This document shows, in pieces, positions 1 through 11,193 of a stretch of 34,015 bases of DNA. A model generated the notes under the pieces. That model did no database searches and had not been told where the DNA came from. It saw nothing but the letters and a program-made list of their open reading frames with translations. Position numbers and translations under genes: made by a program. The stretch spans positions 1 through 34,015 of the forward strand of contig JACZSH010000002.1 in the NCBI GenBank assembly GCA_022574315.1. The letters run 5' to 3'. How positions within the stretch are numbered: position 1 is the first letter of the stretch; each line of letters starts with the position of its first letter. This DNA is from Chloroflexota bacterium (GTDB taxonomy: Bacteria; Chloroflexota; Dehalococcoidia; Dehalococcoidales; RBG-16-60-22).

Positions 1-130
1 AGGGGCGCAGACCTTCCGCAAAACCTCTTGTTTTCCTCTCTAAAACCTCCTCCCCCCTCGTTATTAAGGGAAGGGGGTCAGGGGGATAGGTTAATAAATA
101 GTTCCTGAATCAGGCAAAGTACCATTGGAC

Positions 131-165
131 AAAAAAGAGAGGGGATTTTCACCCCTCTCTTTTTT
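131..165 (-). terminator. Rho-independent terminator closing the ribosomal cluster downstream of rpsI (symmetric, could act in both directions)
   Basis: Perfect inverted repeat AAAAAAGAGAGGGG (131-144) / CCCCTCTCTTTTTT (152-165) around a 7-nt loop. On the minus strand the GC-rich core stem is followed by TTTTTT. It lies 52 nt past the rpsI stop. Confidence 0.75.
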
Positions 166-217
166 GTTTATCGGTTATCAGGAATCTACCGGTGGTAGGC
201 TGACCTCTCCCCAAACT

Positions 218-613
218 TTACCGCTTGGTGTACTGAGGTGCCTTCCGCGCCCGCTTCAGGCCCACCTTTTTCCGCTCTTTGACCCGAGAATCACGGGTCA
301 GCAGGCCGTTCTGTCGCAGCACCGGCTTCAGGCTCTCGTTTGACCTGACCAGGGCCCGGGCTATCCCGTGGGAAATGGCGCCGCTCTGTCCTGACACCCC
401 GCCCCCGTTCACCTTGATAACAACGTTGAATTTACCCAGGCTCTCGCTCACCAGCAGCGGTTGCACTATCGTCCGCTGGTGTTCGTGGCTGGGAAACCGG
501 TCCTCGTAAGGAACGCCGTTGACAATGATGGCGCCGTTACCCGCTGATAGTTTCACCTGGGCTACCGCACATTTTCGTCGGCCGGTCCCGTGGTGGTAAG
601 TCTGCTTATCCAA
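218..613 (-). CDS. rpsI: 30S ribosomal protein uS9
   Basis: 131 aa. HHGTGRRKCAVAQV near the N-terminus and the C-terminal GLKRARKAPQYTKR are uS9 hallmarks. Apparent TTG start (caa 611-613) follows AAGGGGGGG. Position after rplM. Confidence 0.97.
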   Translation of the reverse strand: MDKQTYHHGTGRRKCAVAQVKLSAGNGAIIVNGVPYEDRFPSHEHQRTIVQPLLVSESLGKFNVVIKVNGGGVSGQSGAISHGIARALVRSNESLKPVLRQNGLLTRDSRVKERKKVGLKRARKAPQYTKR

Positions 614-654
614 TGAACCCCCCCTTAATTCTCCCCGTGTATCTTTCTTCCCGG

Positions 655-1080
655 CTATGGTTGGGTAATATTCGTCTGGGCAACGTGAGGATGAGTATCG
701 CCGGCGTAGACCTTGAGTTTCTTTCTCATGCTGTTGCCCAGACGGGTGTGGGGCAGCATACCCTTTACCGCGTGCTCAAGCGCCCGCGTCGGGTGGGTCT
801 CCATCAGCTTCTCCAGGGTGACGCTTTTCAGGCCTCCCGGATACCCGGTGTGCCGGTAATACAGCTTCTGCTTTGCCTTGTTGCCGGTAACACGCACTTT
901 TTCCGCGTTGATCACCACTACGTAGTCGCCGGTGTCCAGATGAGGAGTAAATATCGGCTTATGCTTCCCCATCAGTAAACTGGCTATCTGGGTGGCCAGC
1001 CTGCCCAGGATCTTATCCGAGGCATCGATAACGTGCCACTGCCGTTCAATATCAGCCGGTTTAGTGCTATAGGTTTTCAA
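655..1080 (-). CDS. rplM: 50S ribosomal protein uL13
   Basis: 141 aa. [47 protein letters not shown] is a typical uL13 N-terminus. 4-nt overlap with truA. Confidence 0.97.
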   Translation of the reverse strand: MKTYSTKPADIERQWHVIDASDKILGRLATQIASLLMGKHKPIFTPHLDTGDYVVVINAEKVRVTGNKAKQKLYYRHTGYPGGLKSVTLEKLMETHPTRALEHAVKGMLPHTRLGNSMRKKLKVYAGDTHPHVAQTNITQP

Positions 1081-1850
1081 TTACGTATCTCCTCCCAGGA
1101 ATACGGGTAATTCACCCGTATCAAACACAGCCCGCAGGCTGGAGCCATTGGCCCCGCCAGTCCGGGCTTCTTTGCTTCTATAATACTATAAAAATCAGCC
1201 ACTGTCATCTTGCCCCGCCCGACATTGAGTAATGCCCCGACCGTGTTCCGTACCTGGTGGGGCAGGAACGAGTTGGCGACGATGCGAAAAACTATCAGTT
1301 CCCCGTCCCTCTCCACACTGGCTTGGTAAACGCGCCGCACCGTGCTCTTTTCCCGGCTCTCCAGGCGGGTGGCAAAAGAAGCAAAATCGTGCCTGCCGAC
1401 CAGTGCCCGGCAGGCTTCATTCATGGCTTCTATATTTAAGTCGCCTCTCACCAGGCAGGCGAAACTACGCCTCATCGGCGAGCGCGTCGGGTAATTCAGG
1501 ATGTGATAGCGGTACTCCCGGCTTATCGCATCCCGCCGGGCATTAAAGGTACCCCTGACTCTAAAAGCATCCTTGACGGCGATATCCCGTGGCAGATAGT
1601 AGTTTAAGCCTTTGACGAATGTCTCCGCTGGCAAAGATGACTTCGTCCTGATGCTGGCGACCTGTCCCCTGGCGTGGACTCCGGTATCGGTACGGCTCGC
1701 CGCCATCACCCGAATTTTCTCTCCGGTGAGCTTGCGCAGCGCTTTCTCCATCTCCCCCTGGATGGTGGGCAGCTTGGCCTGTAACTGAAAGCCGTGGTAA
1801 TGTGAGCCGTCGTATTCCATAATCAATACAATCTTGGTATCCGTTGCCAA
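1077..1850 (-). CDS. truA: tRNA pseudouridine(38-40) synthase TruA
   Basis: 257 aa. [13 protein letters not shown] and RTDTGVHA (catalytic Asp motif). Conserved rplQ-truA-rplM context. Confidence 0.93.
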   Translation of the reverse strand: MATDTKIVLIMEYDGSHYHGFQLQAKLPTIQGEMEKALRKLTGEKIRVMAASRTDTGVHARGQVASIRTKSSLPAETFVKGLNYYLPRDIAVKDAFRVRGTFNARRDAISREYRYHILNYPTRSPMRRSFACLVRGDLNIEAMNEACRALVGRHDFASFATRLESREKSTVRRVYQASVERDGELIVFRIVANSFLPHQVRNTVGALLNVGRGKMTVADFYSIIEAKKPGLAGPMAPACGLCLIRVNYPYSWEEIRN

Positions 1851-1884
1851 GCTGACAACCTTCCTTATCGCCCAACTCCCGGCG

Positions 1885-2238
1885 TTATTCCACCAGTGTC
1901 AGCTGTACCATCGGGGCGCCGTCGCCCAGTCTCGGTCCCAGCTTAACCATACGTGTATAGCCACCGGGTCGCTCACCATACCTCTTGGCCAGGTCGGCAA
2001 ATACTTTTTCGGCCACTGTCTTGTCGGTAACCACCGTTAGCGCCCGGCGGAAAGCACTTAAGCCACCCTCTTTGCCCAGGGTGATTATCTTCTCGGCCTG
2101 GCCGCGTACTTCCTTCGCCTTGGCTTCGGTGGTCACAATTTTCTCGTAGTTCAGCAGGTCGGTCACCTGGTTGCGATACAGCGCTTTACGGTGGCCCATT
2201 GACCTGCCTAATTTTCTACCGGCTACTTTGTGTCTCAT
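1885..2238 (-). CDS. rplQ: 50S ribosomal protein bL17
   Basis: 117 aa. [24 protein letters not shown] is a bL17 N-terminus. Follows rpoA. Confidence 0.97.
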   Translation of the reverse strand: MRHKVAGRKLGRSMGHRKALYRNQVTDLLNYEKIVTTEAKAKEVRGQAEKIITLGKEGGLSAFRRALTVVTDKTVAEKVFADLAKRYGERPGGYTRMVKLGPRLGDGAPMVQLTLVE

Positions 2239-2243
2239 ATTAC

Positions 2244-3293
2244 CTACTCTTCAGATTGACTTTCGTTATCCGCGGTGGACTCTTCCTCTTCAGCGGTTAT
2301 CCCGGATTCCGGTTCGACTGTTTCTTCCGGGGTGGCCGATTCCAGTTCTGTTTTTAACTCGGCCGACGCCGCCAGGGAAAGACCTATCTCCTGTAGTTTC
2401 TCTTCTATCTCATGGAAAGATTTCTGCCCGAAATTACGCAGCTTGAGCAGTTCCCTCGGCTTCTTGCTGATTAGCTCCCCCACGGTGGCAATGCCGCTGC
2501 GCCTCAGGCAGTTCATGGTGCGTACGGAAAGGTCCAGTTGCTCCACCGACAGGTTGTATTTCTCATCCGGAATGGACAGGCGGATAAGCTGTTCCTCCGC
2601 TTTCATCTGCGAAATCTTTACGTACTCCAGGAACGGGGTCAGCTGCTCAATCAGGATATTGGCCCCGACACTTATGGCATCAACCGGCGACATTGTGCCG
2701 TCGGTCCATACTTCAAATATCAGCCTCTCCCGGCTCATCTCCCGGCCAACGTGCACCGGTTCCACGTCATAGTTAATCTTGCGTATCGGGGTGAAAATGG
2801 CGTCCACCGGGATAGTTCCCACCGGCATATTATCGTTTGACTCGGCTTGCCGGTACCCTTCACCCAGTTCGACGTCGAACTCTACGTATAGATTGGCATC
2901 CGGAGAATCCAGCGTAATGAGACACTGCTCAGGGTTGGTTATCTCAAAATCAGCCGATGGTTTGATGTCCGAGGCGCAAAACTTCCCTTCTCCTTTCACG
3001 TCGAGTATCAGTTTGCCGGGCTGGTTGGCCAGAGCTTTTATTCTCAGCGCCTTGACGTTGAGGAGAAACTCCATGACGTCTTCCTTGGCGTGGGGAATTA
3101 CCGTAAATTCATGCCGGATTCCTTCGATTTTAACCTGAGCTACGGCGGCTCCTGGAAGATAGCTAAGTAACACCCGTCGCATCGCGTTACCCAGTGTAAC
3201 CCCAAATCCCTTTTCCAGTGGCTCAACCAGGAATCGCCCGAAGTTACCCTCGCTCTCTACACAGTCAATTTTAGGGATTACCAGACGAGACAA
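2244..3293 (-). CDS. rpoA: DNA-directed RNA polymerase subunit alpha
   Basis: 349 aa. N-terminal domain [28 protein letters not shown]-terminal domain [23 protein letters not shown]. Ends in an extra ~35-aa acidic tail (..[27 protein letters not shown]). Confidence 0.97.
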   Translation of the reverse strand: MSRLVIPKIDCVESEGNFGRFLVEPLEKGFGVTLGNAMRRVLLSYLPGAAVAQVKIEGIRHEFTVIPHAKEDVMEFLLNVKALRIKALANQPGKLILDVKGEGKFCASDIKPSADFEITNPEQCLITLDSPDANLYVEFDVELGEGYRQAESNDNMPVGTIPVDAIFTPIRKINYDVEPVHVGREMSRERLIFEVWTDGTMSPVDAISVGANILIEQLTPFLEYVKISQMKAEEQLIRLSIPDEKYNLSVEQLDLSVRTMNCLRRSGIATVGELISKKPRELLKLRNFGQKSFHEIEEKLQEIGLSLAASAELKTELESATPEETVEPESGITAEEEESTADNESQSEE

Positions 3294-3314
3294 TGGAATC
3301 TACCTCCTATTTCG

Positions 3315-3944
3315 TTATCGCGAGTAGAACTCAACTATGGTCTTGCCGTCAAACGTCGCATCAATATCATCGGGTGTAGGCATGGACAGGAGATGGCCGA
3401 CCATATTTTCCTTATCCAGGCTCAACCAGTCCAGGACGGTCTTGGCTTCGATTGTCTGGATAAGGTCTTTATAGTATTCTAATTTGGCGCTCGCCGGGCG
3501 CCAACTGATGGTATCACCTTCTTTCACCAGGCAGGAAGGTATATCCGTCTTGTGTCCGTTGAGCAGGATATGTCCGTGGCGGACCAGCTGGCGTGCCTGG
3601 GCGCGGGAATCGGCAAATCCCAGACGAAAAACGATATTGTCAAGTCGCCTCTCCAGCAGTATCAGCAGATTTTCACCGGTGATACCGGATTGCCTTTCCG
3701 CCGAGGCAAAAATGTTCCGAAACTGTCTTTCGAGGATTCCGTAACTCTGGCGCGCTTTTTGTTTTTCCCGAAGTTGCAGGGCGCGGTCGGAAAACTTGGG
3801 CCGCCGTCGGCTTAGCTGCTGCCCCGGGGGTTTCGGTCGCTTGTCTACGCCGCATTTGGGTGTAAAACAGCGGTTACCCTTCAAAAAAAGTTTCCCGCCG
3901 GCGCGGCGACATAATCGGCAAACTGGTCCTGTATATCTAGCCAT
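3315..3944 (-). CDS. rpsD: 30S ribosomal protein uS4 (Cys4 zinc-type N-terminus)
   Basis: 209 aa. [31 protein letters not shown]. Confidence 0.97.
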   Translation of the reverse strand: MARYTGPVCRLCRRAGGKLFLKGNRCFTPKCGVDKRPKPPGQQLSRRRPKFSDRALQLREKQKARQSYGILERQFRNIFASAERQSGITGENLLILLERRLDNIVFRLGFADSRAQARQLVRHGHILLNGHKTDIPSCLVKEGDTISWRPASAKLEYYKDLIQTIEAKTVLDWLSLDKENMVGHLLSMPTPDDIDATFDGKTIVEFYSR

Positions 3945-3956
3945 GTCTCCTCTCTT

Positions 3957-4349
3957 CTACACTCGTCTCTTTTTCGGTGGCCGGCAGCCATTGTGCGGGA
4001 TGCGTGTCACATCCCGGATGCCGGTAATATATAGCCCTGAACTCTGTAAAGAACGGATAGCTGCTTCACGTCCGCTCCCCGGACCCTTGACAAATACCTC
4101 AATCTGGCGCAGGCCGTGCGTCATCGCCCGGCGAGCTGTATCACGGGCTGCCATCTGGGCGGCATACGGTGTCCCTTTGCGCGAGCCCTTAAATCCGGCC
4201 GTCCCGGAGCTTCCCCAGGCAATGACGTTACCCTGCGGGTCGGTCAAGGTCACTATGGTATTGTTAAAAGTAGACTGGACGTAGGCCTTCCCGACGGGAA
4301 TAGACTTACGCTCCCGCTTTCTGGCCTTGGGTCGTTTTTTCTGTGCCAT
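3957..4349 (-). CDS. rpsK: 30S ribosomal protein uS11
   Basis: 130 aa. [44 protein letters not shown]. Confidence 0.97.
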   Translation of the reverse strand: MAQKKRPKARKRERKSIPVGKAYVQSTFNNTIVTLTDPQGNVIAWGSSGTAGFKGSRKGTPYAAQMAARDTARRAMTHGLRQIEVFVKGPGSGREAAIRSLQSSGLYITGIRDVTRIPHNGCRPPKKRRV

Positions 4350-4366
4350 CCTGTTCTCCTTGCCTT

Positions 4367-4756
4367 TTATTTCTTGGTCATGCCGCGTCGTTGTCCTCGG
4401 CCCGCCACGGTCCGGCGGGTGCCGCGTCGCGAACGGGCATTAGTTCGTGTTCGTTGCCCCTTGGAGGGTAGATTATGGCGATGTCTTATACCCCGGTAGC
4501 TCCCGATTTCCACCAGACGTTTTACGTTTAAGTTGACCTCTCTCCGCAGGTCACCCTCAACCCGGTACTGCTTGTCAATAATCTCACGGAGGTGGTTAAC
4601 CTCCTCTTCGGTCAGTTCGTTCACCTTGGTCTCCGGGCTGATTTCAGCCTGGGCTAAGATTTGCTGACTCAGCACCGAGCCGATTCCGTAAATATACTGG
4701 AGTGAGACCCAGACCTGCTTATTTCGGGGTATATCTACACCGGCAATTCGTGCCAT
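4367..4756 (-). CDS. rpsM: 30S ribosomal protein uS13
   Basis: 129 aa. [26 protein letters not shown]. Confidence 0.97.
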   Translation of the reverse strand: MARIAGVDIPRNKQVWVSLQYIYGIGSVLSQQILAQAEISPETKVNELTEEEVNHLREIIDKQYRVEGDLRREVNLNVKRLVEIGSYRGIRHRHNLPSKGQRTRTNARSRRGTRRTVAGRGQRRGMTKK

Positions 4757-4783
4757 CTAATTTCCTCCTTGCTTCATTGGAGA

Positions 4784-4897
4784 CTAACCCTGCCTCTGCT
4801 TGTGTTTGGGGTTGACACAGATGATTCTGACCACACCCTGCCTTTTCACCACTTTGCACTTTTCGCACCTGACTTTTACTGAAGCTCTAACTTTCAT
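4784..4897 (-). CDS. rpmJ: 50S ribosomal protein bL36
   Basis: Not in the ORF track (<60 aa). Minus-strand ATG at 4895-4897 and TAG at 4784-4786. Hand translation gives [37 protein letters not shown], a textbook 37-aa bL36 with a C-x2-C-x12-C-x4-H zinc motif. Sits between infA and rpsM as expected. Confidence 0.9.
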   Translation of the reverse strand: MKVRASVKVRCEKCKVVKRQGVVRIICVNPKHKQRQG

Positions 4898-4914
4898 TAC
4901 CTGACATCCTTAAA

Positions 4915-5133
4915 CTATTTGAACCGGTAGGTAATCCGGCCTCGACTCAGGTCATAAGGTGAAAGCTCTATCAATACCTTATCGCCGGGCAGGACCCTGA
5001 TATAATGCTTCCTTATCTTGCCTGAGATGTGAGCCAGTACCATATGCTCATTCGGCAACACAACGCGGAACATGGCATTGGGTAGCGCCTCTACCACCGT
5101 TCCCTCAACCTCAATGGCTTCTTTCTTAGGCAT
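4915..5133 (-). CDS. infA: Translation initiation factor IF-1
   Basis: 72 aa from ATG 5131-5133: [72 protein letters not shown]. The start overlaps the map stop (ATGCCTAA). The track's 83-aa version (to 5166) adds 11 non-conserved residues. Confidence 0.92.
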   Translation of the reverse strand: MPKKEAIEVEGTVVEALPNAMFRVVLPNEHMVLAHISGKIRKHYIRVLPGDKVLIELSPYDLSRGRITYRFK

Positions 5134-5884
5134 ATTCCCCTTTAGTAAGTACCTCCGGTTCACCATCGGTTATGGCGATGGTGTGTTCAAAATGTGCCGA
5201 AAGACTGCCGTCCGCAGTCAATACTGTCCATTTGTTATTGTTGAGACGGGTACGCCAGCCGCCCCGGTTCACCATCGGCTCAATGGCCAGCACCATGCCT
5301 CTTTTCAGTACCGGCCCCGAATTGGGCAGGCCAAAGTTCGGTATCTGTGGTTCTTCATGCATATCCCGCCCGATACCGTGTCCCGTATACTCGCGCACCA
5401 CCGAAAAACCTCTCGACTCGGCGAAATTTTGAATCGCCGCCGAGACGTCTCCCAGCCTGGCTCCGGACTGTGCGGCGTTAATACCGGCTTCCAGGGCGCC
5501 GGCGGTCGCTTTCAGAAGCTCTTTAGCCTCCGGACTCGTCTCGCCCACGGCCACCGTCGTCGCCGCGTCCCCCTGGAGACCCTGGAAAATCGCCCCAAAG
5601 TCCATGGAGATGATATCTCCCTGGCGCAGCACGCGCTTACCCGGAATCCCGTGTACTATTTCGTCGTTGATTGCCACGCACACATTGGCCGGAAATCCCC
5701 GGTATCCCTTAAAGGAAGACGTGGCGTTGCGCTTTTTTAGTTCCCTCTCGGCGATAATATCCAGCTCCTTTGTGGCCAAACCCGGTTTTATTTGCTTGCT
5801 CATTATTTCCAGTATCTCGGCGACAATCCTCCCGGCCTGCCGCATCAATTTCATCTCCTCGTCAGTCTTGATGATGATACTCAT
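5126..5884 (-). CDS. map: Type I methionine aminopeptidase
   Basis: 252 aa. [51 protein letters not shown] and LAIEPM are MetAP metal-ligand blocks. Confidence 0.95.
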   Translation of the reverse strand: MSIIIKTDEEMKLMRQAGRIVAEILEIMSKQIKPGLATKELDIIAERELKKRNATSSFKGYRGFPANVCVAINDEIVHGIPGKRVLRQGDIISMDFGAIFQGLQGDAATTVAVGETSPEAKELLKATAGALEAGINAAQSGARLGDVSAAIQNFAESRGFSVVREYTGHGIGRDMHEEPQIPNFGLPNSGPVLKRGMVLAIEPMVNRGGWRTRLNNNKWTVLTADGSLSAHFEHTIAITDGEPEVLTKGEYA

Positions 5885-6543
5885 CCGGTGACGAACGCTC
5901 CCTCGTGAAGGGCGGCTTCGATTCTGCCGGTTACTTCGTCCACGCTGCCTTCTCCGTCAACCTCCAGCAGTCTCCCCTTTCGGGTGTAATAATCTATCAG
6001 GGGTGCCGTCTGGGCAAAATAGACTTCCAGCCGCTTTTGCACCGTTTCGGCAGTATCATCGGGACGCTGGTACAGCTCGCCGCCGCACCGGTCGCACTTA
6101 CCGTTCCGCCCGGGCGGAGACTTTTTGGCGCTGTAAACTGCCTGGCAGTGGCGGCATACCCACCGCTCACCCAGCCTTCTTTGCCTTTCTTTTTCCGGAA
6201 CCTTGATATATACCACCTTATCTATACCCCTGTTTTTCCCGGCCAGTGCTTTATCCAGTGCCTCGGCCTGCTCCAGGTTCCGCGGGAACCCGTCCAGGAT
6301 GGCTCCAGCCTCGCCTTCGGGTGCGGCTATCTTTTCCAGCACCATCCGCGTCGTTATTTCGTCCGGGACCAGCTGCCCCTTTTCCATATAAGCCCTGGCC
6401 TGTATCCCCAGGTCTGTTCCTTGCTCCAGTGCCTGTCGGAACAGGTCGCCGGAAGCGATATATGCTGACCTCAGCTTCTGGGCCACCGCCGCCGCCTGGG
6501 TACCTTTACCCGCCCCGGGGGCTCCCAGAAAGATAATATACAC
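5881..6543 (-). CDS. adk: Adenylate kinase (zinc-knuckle LID)
   Basis: 220 aa. P-loop FLGAPGAGKGTQA. LID has CRHC...CDRC. GTG start (cac 6541-6543) after GAGG. 4-nt overlap with map. Confidence 0.95.
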   Translation of the reverse strand: MYIIFLGAPGAGKGTQAAAVAQKLRSAYIASGDLFRQALEQGTDLGIQARAYMEKGQLVPDEITTRMVLEKIAAPEGEAGAILDGFPRNLEQAEALDKALAGKNRGIDKVVYIKVPEKERQRRLGERWVCRHCQAVYSAKKSPPGRNGKCDRCGGELYQRPDDTAETVQKRLEVYFAQTAPLIDYYTRKGRLLEVDGEGSVDEVTGRIEAALHEGAFVTG

Positions 6544-6617
6544 CTTTTTTGCCTCTTTTAAAACTATGCGCGGCGGGGATATCTGGTGGTCTCGGTTACC
6601 TGTCCCGCCGGATTTCG

Positions 6618-7928
6618 TTATTTTATAAAACCCTCGTAGCGTCTCATTACCAGTTGCGCCTCAAGCTGTTTCATCGTGTCGAGGACCACGCCCACCATGA
6701 TAAGTAAGCCCAGGCTGGAGAGCTGTATCACCTCGATGTTGGTAATCGTCCGCACCACGAAGGGCATGACCGCTATCGAGGCCAGGAAAAGGGCTCCTCC
6801 CCAGGTAATCCGGTTAATCACCCCGTTGAGATAGGTGGCGGTATTCTTGCCGGGTCGTATCCCGGGAATAAACCCGCCCTGCCTCTGTAAAGTGTTCGGC
6901 AGGTCCTGTTGCTGGAAGACCACCATGGTGTAAAAAAAGGTAAACCCCATCGCCAACAAAAAATAGAGGCCCCAGTAGAACAGACCCAGGGGCAGGGGCG
7001 CGTTGGGACTGAACACCTGCATTATGGTATTCGCGAAGTTCGGCTGCATCGGGTTGGAGAAATAGCTGGCCACGATACCCGGGAAGATAACCAGTGACAT
7101 GGCGAAGATAAGCGGTATCATGCCGGAACTATTTACCCGCAATGGGATGTGGGTGCTTCCGGACTGCCGGTACATGCGGCCCGAGCGGAATACGCTCTTG
7201 GCGTACTGCACCGGGATACGGCGGTGTGCCTCGGTAAAGACAACGATTACCGCTATCGTCAGCACAACCATGAGTATGTAAACGAACAGTCCGCCAATGT
7301 TATCCCTGGCCAGGAACCCCTGGCTAATCATCGTCGGCAGACCCGCCACGATACCGCCAAATATAATTATCGATATGCCGTTACCGATGCCGTATTCCGT
7401 AATCATCTCTCCCATCCAGACCAGTAATATGGTGCCGGCCACCATTGACGCCACCATCGCTATCATCGGTAAAACACCCACGCTGCTGACCACTCCCTCA
7501 CGTTGCAGGTAGACCAGCTGTCCGTAACCGCTGACGGCGGCCAGCGGTATCACCAGCCAGTGGGTAATCAGGTTAATCCGGTTCCTGCCTGACTCTCCCT
7601 CGCGGGAAAGGGCTTGCAGACGCGGGATTACCGGTACCAGCAGCATCATAATGATTGAAGCCGTAATGTAGGGATAGACCCCCATCGCCGCCACGCTGAG
7701 TCGCCGCATCGCGCCGCCGCTGAAAAGGTCAAGCATCCCCAGTAGTGCGTTGCGCTCGAAAAGCGCTCCCAGGGCGTCTAAATCCACCCCGGGAAGCGGC
7801 ACGTGGGCAATGAACCGGAATATTATCAGGATACCGGCGGTAATGAGGATTTTTCGCCTCAGGTCCGGCAGGCTGAAGGCATCGAGCATTGCCTGGAGTA
7901 ATTTCGGCCTACCTTGCCTTGGCCGCAT
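6618..7928 (-). CDS. secY: Preprotein translocase subunit SecY
   Basis: 436-aa polytopic membrane protein. GGAMRRLSVAAMGVYPYITASIIMMLL is the SecY signature region. ATG 7928 is preceded by GAGGAGG at 6-nt spacing. 20-nt overlap with rplO. Confidence 0.95.
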   Translation of the reverse strand: MRPRQGRPKLLQAMLDAFSLPDLRRKILITAGILIIFRFIAHVPLPGVDLDALGALFERNALLGMLDLFSGGAMRRLSVAAMGVYPYITASIIMMLLVPVIPRLQALSREGESGRNRINLITHWLVIPLAAVSGYGQLVYLQREGVVSSVGVLPMIAMVASMVAGTILLVWMGEMITEYGIGNGISIIIFGGIVAGLPTMISQGFLARDNIGGLFVYILMVVLTIAVIVVFTEAHRRIPVQYAKSVFRSGRMYRQSGSTHIPLRVNSSGMIPLIFAMSLVIFPGIVASYFSNPMQPNFANTIMQVFSPNAPLPLGLFYWGLYFLLAMGFTFFYTMVVFQQQDLPNTLQRQGGFIPGIRPGKNTATYLNGVINRITWGGALFLASIAVMPFVVRTITNIEVIQLSSLGLLIMVGVVLDTMKQLEAQLVMRRYEGFIK

Positions 7929-8373
7929 GCGCTACCTCCTCGACCGTACCCCCGGCGGCCTCTATCTTGGCTCTGGCCGCCGCCGAAAATTTGGTTGCCC
8001 TCACCGTGAGCGGGTGGCTCAGGTCACCACGGGCCAGGATCTTCACCGGCTGGCGTAAAGATTTAATCAGGCCGGTGGCTGCCATCGTTTCCAGCGTTAC
8101 TTCGGCCCCTGATTCAAATGCGTTAAGGCTGCTCAGGTTGACCACACTGTACTCGGTCCGGAAGATATTGGTAAAACCACGCTTCCGGGGCAGCCGTTTG
8201 ATTAACGGTAATTGCCCGCCTTCAAATCCCGGACGCATTTTGTAGCCGGCGCGGGATTTTTGTCCCCCTGAACCCCGTCCGGAGTAGGTGCCATGTCCGC
8301 TGCCGTTACCACGCCCCACTCGCTTTCGAGCTTTCCGGGCGCCAGGGGATGGGGAAAGATTGTCCTGCCTCAC
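7909..8373 (-). CDS. rplO: 50S ribosomal protein uL15
   Basis: 154 aa. [36 protein letters not shown]. Confidence 0.96.
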   Translation of the reverse strand: MRQDNLSPSPGARKARKRVGRGNGSGHGTYSGRGSGGQKSRAGYKMRPGFEGGQLPLIKRLPRKRGFTNIFRTEYSVVNLSSLNAFESGAEVTLETMAATGLIKSLRQPVKILARGDLSHPLTVRATKFSAAARAKIEAAGGTVEEVAHAAKAR

Positions 8374-8555
8374 GAGTTTGCCTCCTCCACTTTAACGAGA
8401 TGTCTGACTTTGTTAATCATCCCCCGGACTGACATTGAATCATCGTGGACAACACTCTGGTGCAAGCGATGAAAACCCAGGGAGGTTAAGGTCCTTTTCT
8501 GGTCTTCCTTGTAGCCGATGCCACTCTTTATCCAGGTAACGCGCAGTTTAGCCAC
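8370..8555 (-). CDS. rpmD: 50S ribosomal protein uL30
   Basis: 61 aa. [26 protein letters not shown]. Lies between rpsE and rplO. Confidence 0.93.
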   Translation of the reverse strand: MAKLRVTWIKSGIGYKEDQKRTLTSLGFHRLHQSVVHDDSMSVRGMINKVRHLVKVEEANS

Positions 8556-9075
8556 TGGTGCCCGCCTCCTCTTTTACGTAACCGGTTCCCTTGCGCTGTC
8601 TAATCACCTCTTTCGGGTCCCGGAGTTGGCTCAAGGCGAGTACCGTTGCCTTGGCCACGTTGATATGGTTGGCGCTGCCCAGTGACTTCGTTAAAATATC
8701 CTTGATACCGCAGGCTTCAATTACGGAGCGGACGCTGCCGCCGGCGATGACGCCGGTGCCCGGCGACGCCGGTTTCAACATAACTTTGGCGGCACCGAAA
8801 TTGACGGTTATCTCGTGGGGAATGGTCGTTCCGGCCAGGGGTACCTTAATCAGGTTCTTTTTCGCTTCGACGCCGCCTTTATTGATCGCCGCCGGCACTT
8901 CATTGGCTTTGCCAATGCCCAGGCCTACGTGCCCGTTACCGTCACCGGTCGCCACCAGGGCGCTAAACCGGAGGCGTTTGCCCCCCTTCATCACCTTGGC
9001 GACGCGGTTGATATACATCAGCTTGTCGTTCAGGGTCAGATCTGTTGGGTCTATCTTGCTTATTATTTTCTTCAT
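8548..9075 (-). CDS. rpsE: 30S ribosomal protein uS5
   Basis: 175 aa. [43 protein letters not shown]. Confidence 0.97.
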   Translation of the reverse strand: MKKIISKIDPTDLTLNDKLMYINRVAKVMKGGKRLRFSALVATGDGNGHVGLGIGKANEVPAAINKGGVEAKKNLIKVPLAGTTIPHEITVNFGAAKVMLKPASPGTGVIAGGSVRSVIEACGIKDILTKSLGSANHINVAKATVLALSQLRDPKEVIRQRKGTGYVKEEAGTSG

Positions 9076-9091
9076 AATTCGGCTTTCTCTT

Positions 9092-9457
9092 TTAGAATTT
9101 TAATCCGCCTTGCCGGGCGGCTTCCGCCAGCGCTTTCACCCGGCCGTGGTACTTGTAACCACCGCGGTCGAAGGCCACCTCTTTTATCCCCAGGCCCAGG
9201 GCTCGCTTCGCAATCATGGTGCCCACCACTTCGGCTTCGCCTGACTTTACCTTGCCGTCCAGTTTATCTTTCGTTTCCGGGTCGGTGGTCGAAGCTGATG
9301 TCAGGGTGTGGCCTTGCGTATCGTCGATAACCTGTGCGTAAATATGGTTCGTACTGCGGAAGACACAAAGGCGCGGCCGGCTGGTGGTACCCTTTAGCTT
9401 GGCTCTGACCCGGGCGTGCCTCCGATAACGTGCCAGTCTCGTTTTGTTGCTTTTCAT
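9092..9457 (-). CDS. rplR: 50S ribosomal protein uL18
   Basis: 121 aa. [20 protein letters not shown] and C-terminal [26 protein letters not shown]. Confidence 0.97.
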   Translation of the reverse strand: MKSNKTRLARYRRHARVRAKLKGTTSRPRLCVFRSTNHIYAQVIDDTQGHTLTSASTTDPETKDKLDGKVKSGEAEVVGTMIAKRALGLGIKEVAFDRGGYKYHGRVKALAEAARQGGLKF

Positions 9458-9459
9458 CG

Positions 9460-10008
9460 TTACTTACTACCTACCACCTTTCCCGCTTTACCTGGCTTGA
9501 GACGAACTTTCTCTCCGGCATAGCGGATACCCTTTCCCTTGTAGGCATCGGGTCGCCTGATTTTCCGGATTCTGGCTGCCATCTCGCCAACCACTTCCTT
9601 GTCGATGCCGGAGACCTTTATCCGGCTCCCCTCCACCGCCAGGGAGATACCCGGCAGAGGGACTACTTCCACCGGGTGTGAGTACCCGATGCGAAGAGTC
9701 AGGTTGTTGCCGTTTTGTTCTGCCCGGTAACCCACTCCCACTATCTCCAGGTACTTGTCAAAACCGAGGCTCACCCCCTGCACCATGTTGGCTATCAGGC
9801 TTCTGGTCAGTCCGTGCAGGGAACGGTGTTCCTTGTTGTCACTCGGCCGTGTCACTGTTAAAACGTTATCTTGCTGCGTGACGGCTATATCCGGGTTCAC
9901 CGGACGACTGAGTTCACCTTTGGGTCCGGTTACCTTAACTGCGTCTTCGGTGATACTTATCGTCACCCCGTTCGGTACGGTTATTGGCATTCGTCCTATT
10001 CTCGACAT
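9460..10008 (-). CDS. rplF: 50S ribosomal protein uL6
   Basis: 182 aa. [17 protein letters not shown]...[10 protein letters not shown]...GYSHPV... Confidence 0.97.
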   Translation of the reverse strand: MSRIGRMPITVPNGVTISITEDAVKVTGPKGELSRPVNPDIAVTQQDNVLTVTRPSDNKEHRSLHGLTRSLIANMVQGVSLGFDKYLEIVGVGYRAEQNGNNLTLRIGYSHPVEVVPLPGISLAVEGSRIKVSGIDKEVVGEMAARIRKIRRPDAYKGKGIRYAGEKVRLKPGKAGKVVGSK

Positions 10009-10030
10009 AACTTATCACTCCAGGTTCGGT

Positions 10031-10429
10031 TTACCATACGTTACACAAAAGTTCCCCGCCAATCCCCAGGCGCCAGGCCTGTTGCCCCGTTTTTACCCCC
10101 TTGGAGGTAGAAACAATGGCCACACCCAGGCCGCCGTAAACCCGGGCGATTTCCTTCTGCTGCACGTAGACCCTCAGTCCGGGTTTGCTCACCCGCTCCA
10201 TCCCGGAAATAATCGGCCGGTTATCATCGGCGTACTTCAGGTGTATCTTGATTTCGCGGTGAGGCTTTCCTCGGAGTACCTCATAATCTTTAATAAAGCT
10301 TTCCTCTTTCAGGATTCGGGCAATGGACAGTTTTATCCGGGAGGACGGCACCAGTACGAAATCATGCCTCGCCATGATGGCATTGCGTATTCTAGTCAGC
10401 ATATCTGCGATTGGATCAGTAACTGTCAT
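10031..10429 (-). CDS. rpsH: 30S ribosomal protein uS8
   Basis: 132 aa. [19 protein letters not shown] ... [12 protein letters not shown]. Confidence 0.97.
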   Translation of the reverse strand: MTVTDPIADMLTRIRNAIMARHDFVLVPSSRIKLSIARILKEESFIKDYEVLRGKPHREIKIHLKYADDNRPIISGMERVSKPGLRVYVQQKEIARVYGGLGVAIVSTSKGVKTGQQAWRLGIGGELLCNVW

Positions 10430-10453
10430 CTCAATTCCTTGGCCCCTTATTTT

Positions 10454-10639
10454 TTACCAGCTGGACTTCCTCACGCCGGGAAGTTGCCCGGACAGTGCCA
10501 GCTTTCGGAAACAAATACGGCACAGGCCGAACTTACGCATATAGGCACGCGGTCGACCGCACAAGTGGCAGCGGTTGTGTTGCTGTACCCGGTATTTGGG
10601 CGGACGCCCCGCTTTGACAATCTTTGACGTTTTTGCCAT
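10454..10639 (-). CDS. rpsZ: 30S ribosomal protein uS14, short zinc-binding (type Z) form
   Basis: 61 aa. [20 protein letters not shown] (C-x2-C...C-x2-C), ends LPGVRKSSW. Confidence 0.96.
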   Translation of the reverse strand: MAKTSKIVKAGRPPKYRVQQHNRCHLCGRPRAYMRKFGLCRICFRKLALSGQLPGVRKSSW

Positions 10640-10641
10640 GG

Positions 10642-11193
10642 CTACTCCATTTCTTCTTTGGCGAAAGGCATCCCCAGCAGTTCCAGCAGGTGTTTGCCTT
10701 CCTCATCTGTCTTGGCCGTGGTGTTGATTGATATTTCCAGACCCCGTACTTTATCCACTTTGTCATACTCTATCTCGGGGAAAAAGATTTGCTCTTTCAT
10801 CCCCAGCGTATAGTTACCCCGACCGTCAAATGCGGTGGCCGGGACTCCCTGGAATTCACGCACCCGGGGTAATACGGCGCTGACCAGTTTGTCCAGGAAC
10901 TGGTACATGCGCTCTCCTCGCAGGGTTACCTTCATCCCGATCGGCATCCCCGTTCTCAACCGGAAGGTGGCAATGGATTTCCTGGAACGGGTAATCACCG
11001 GGTGCTGTCCGGTAATAGCCGTCAGGTCCCTCTCGGCCGCTTCCAGGACCTTGGCATTCGCGATTGCCTCGCCCAGGCCGATATTCAGCACCACTTTTTC
11101 CAGACGCGGCACCTGCATGATGTTCTTATACCCGTGACGTTCCATCATGGCGGGGATAGCTTCATTCCGGTATTTTTCTTTTAATCTTAACAT
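10642..11193 (-). CDS. rplE: 50S ribosomal protein uL5
   Basis: 183 aa. [22 protein letters not shown] ... [17 protein letters not shown]. Confidence 0.97.
   Translation of the reverse strand: MLRLKEKYRNEAIPAMMERHGYKNIMQVPRLEKVVLNIGLGEAIANAKVLEAAERDLTAITGQHPVITRSRKSIATFRLRTGMPIGMKVTLRGERMYQFLDKLVSAVLPRVREFQGVPATAFDGRGNYTLGMKEQIFFPEIEYDKVDKVRGLEISINTTAKTDEEGKHLLELLGMPFAKEEME

Noticed and set aside
1-120. Polypyrimidine tract (CCTCTTGTTTTCCTCTCTAAAACCTCCTCCCCCCTCG) facing a polypurine tract (GGGAAGGGGGTCAGGGGGATAGG), possibly a hairpin, tRNA or sRNA
   Set aside because: The arms pair only imperfectly. There is no tRNA T-loop or anticodon-arm pattern and no ORF. At the window edge there is too little context, so it is left unannotated.
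6544-6617. Hairpin-like inverted repeat (CGGCGGG ... CCCGCCG) in the 74-nt adk-secY spacer
   Set aside because: A 7-bp stem with a ~26-nt loop and no downstream U-tract. Not supportable as a terminator or regulator.
9755-10627. 290-aa plus-strand ORF
   Set aside because: It is antisense to rplF, rpsH and rpsZ, whose identities are unambiguous. It has no SD or recognisable motifs and looks like a typical stop-poor shadow frame in GC-rich coding DNA.
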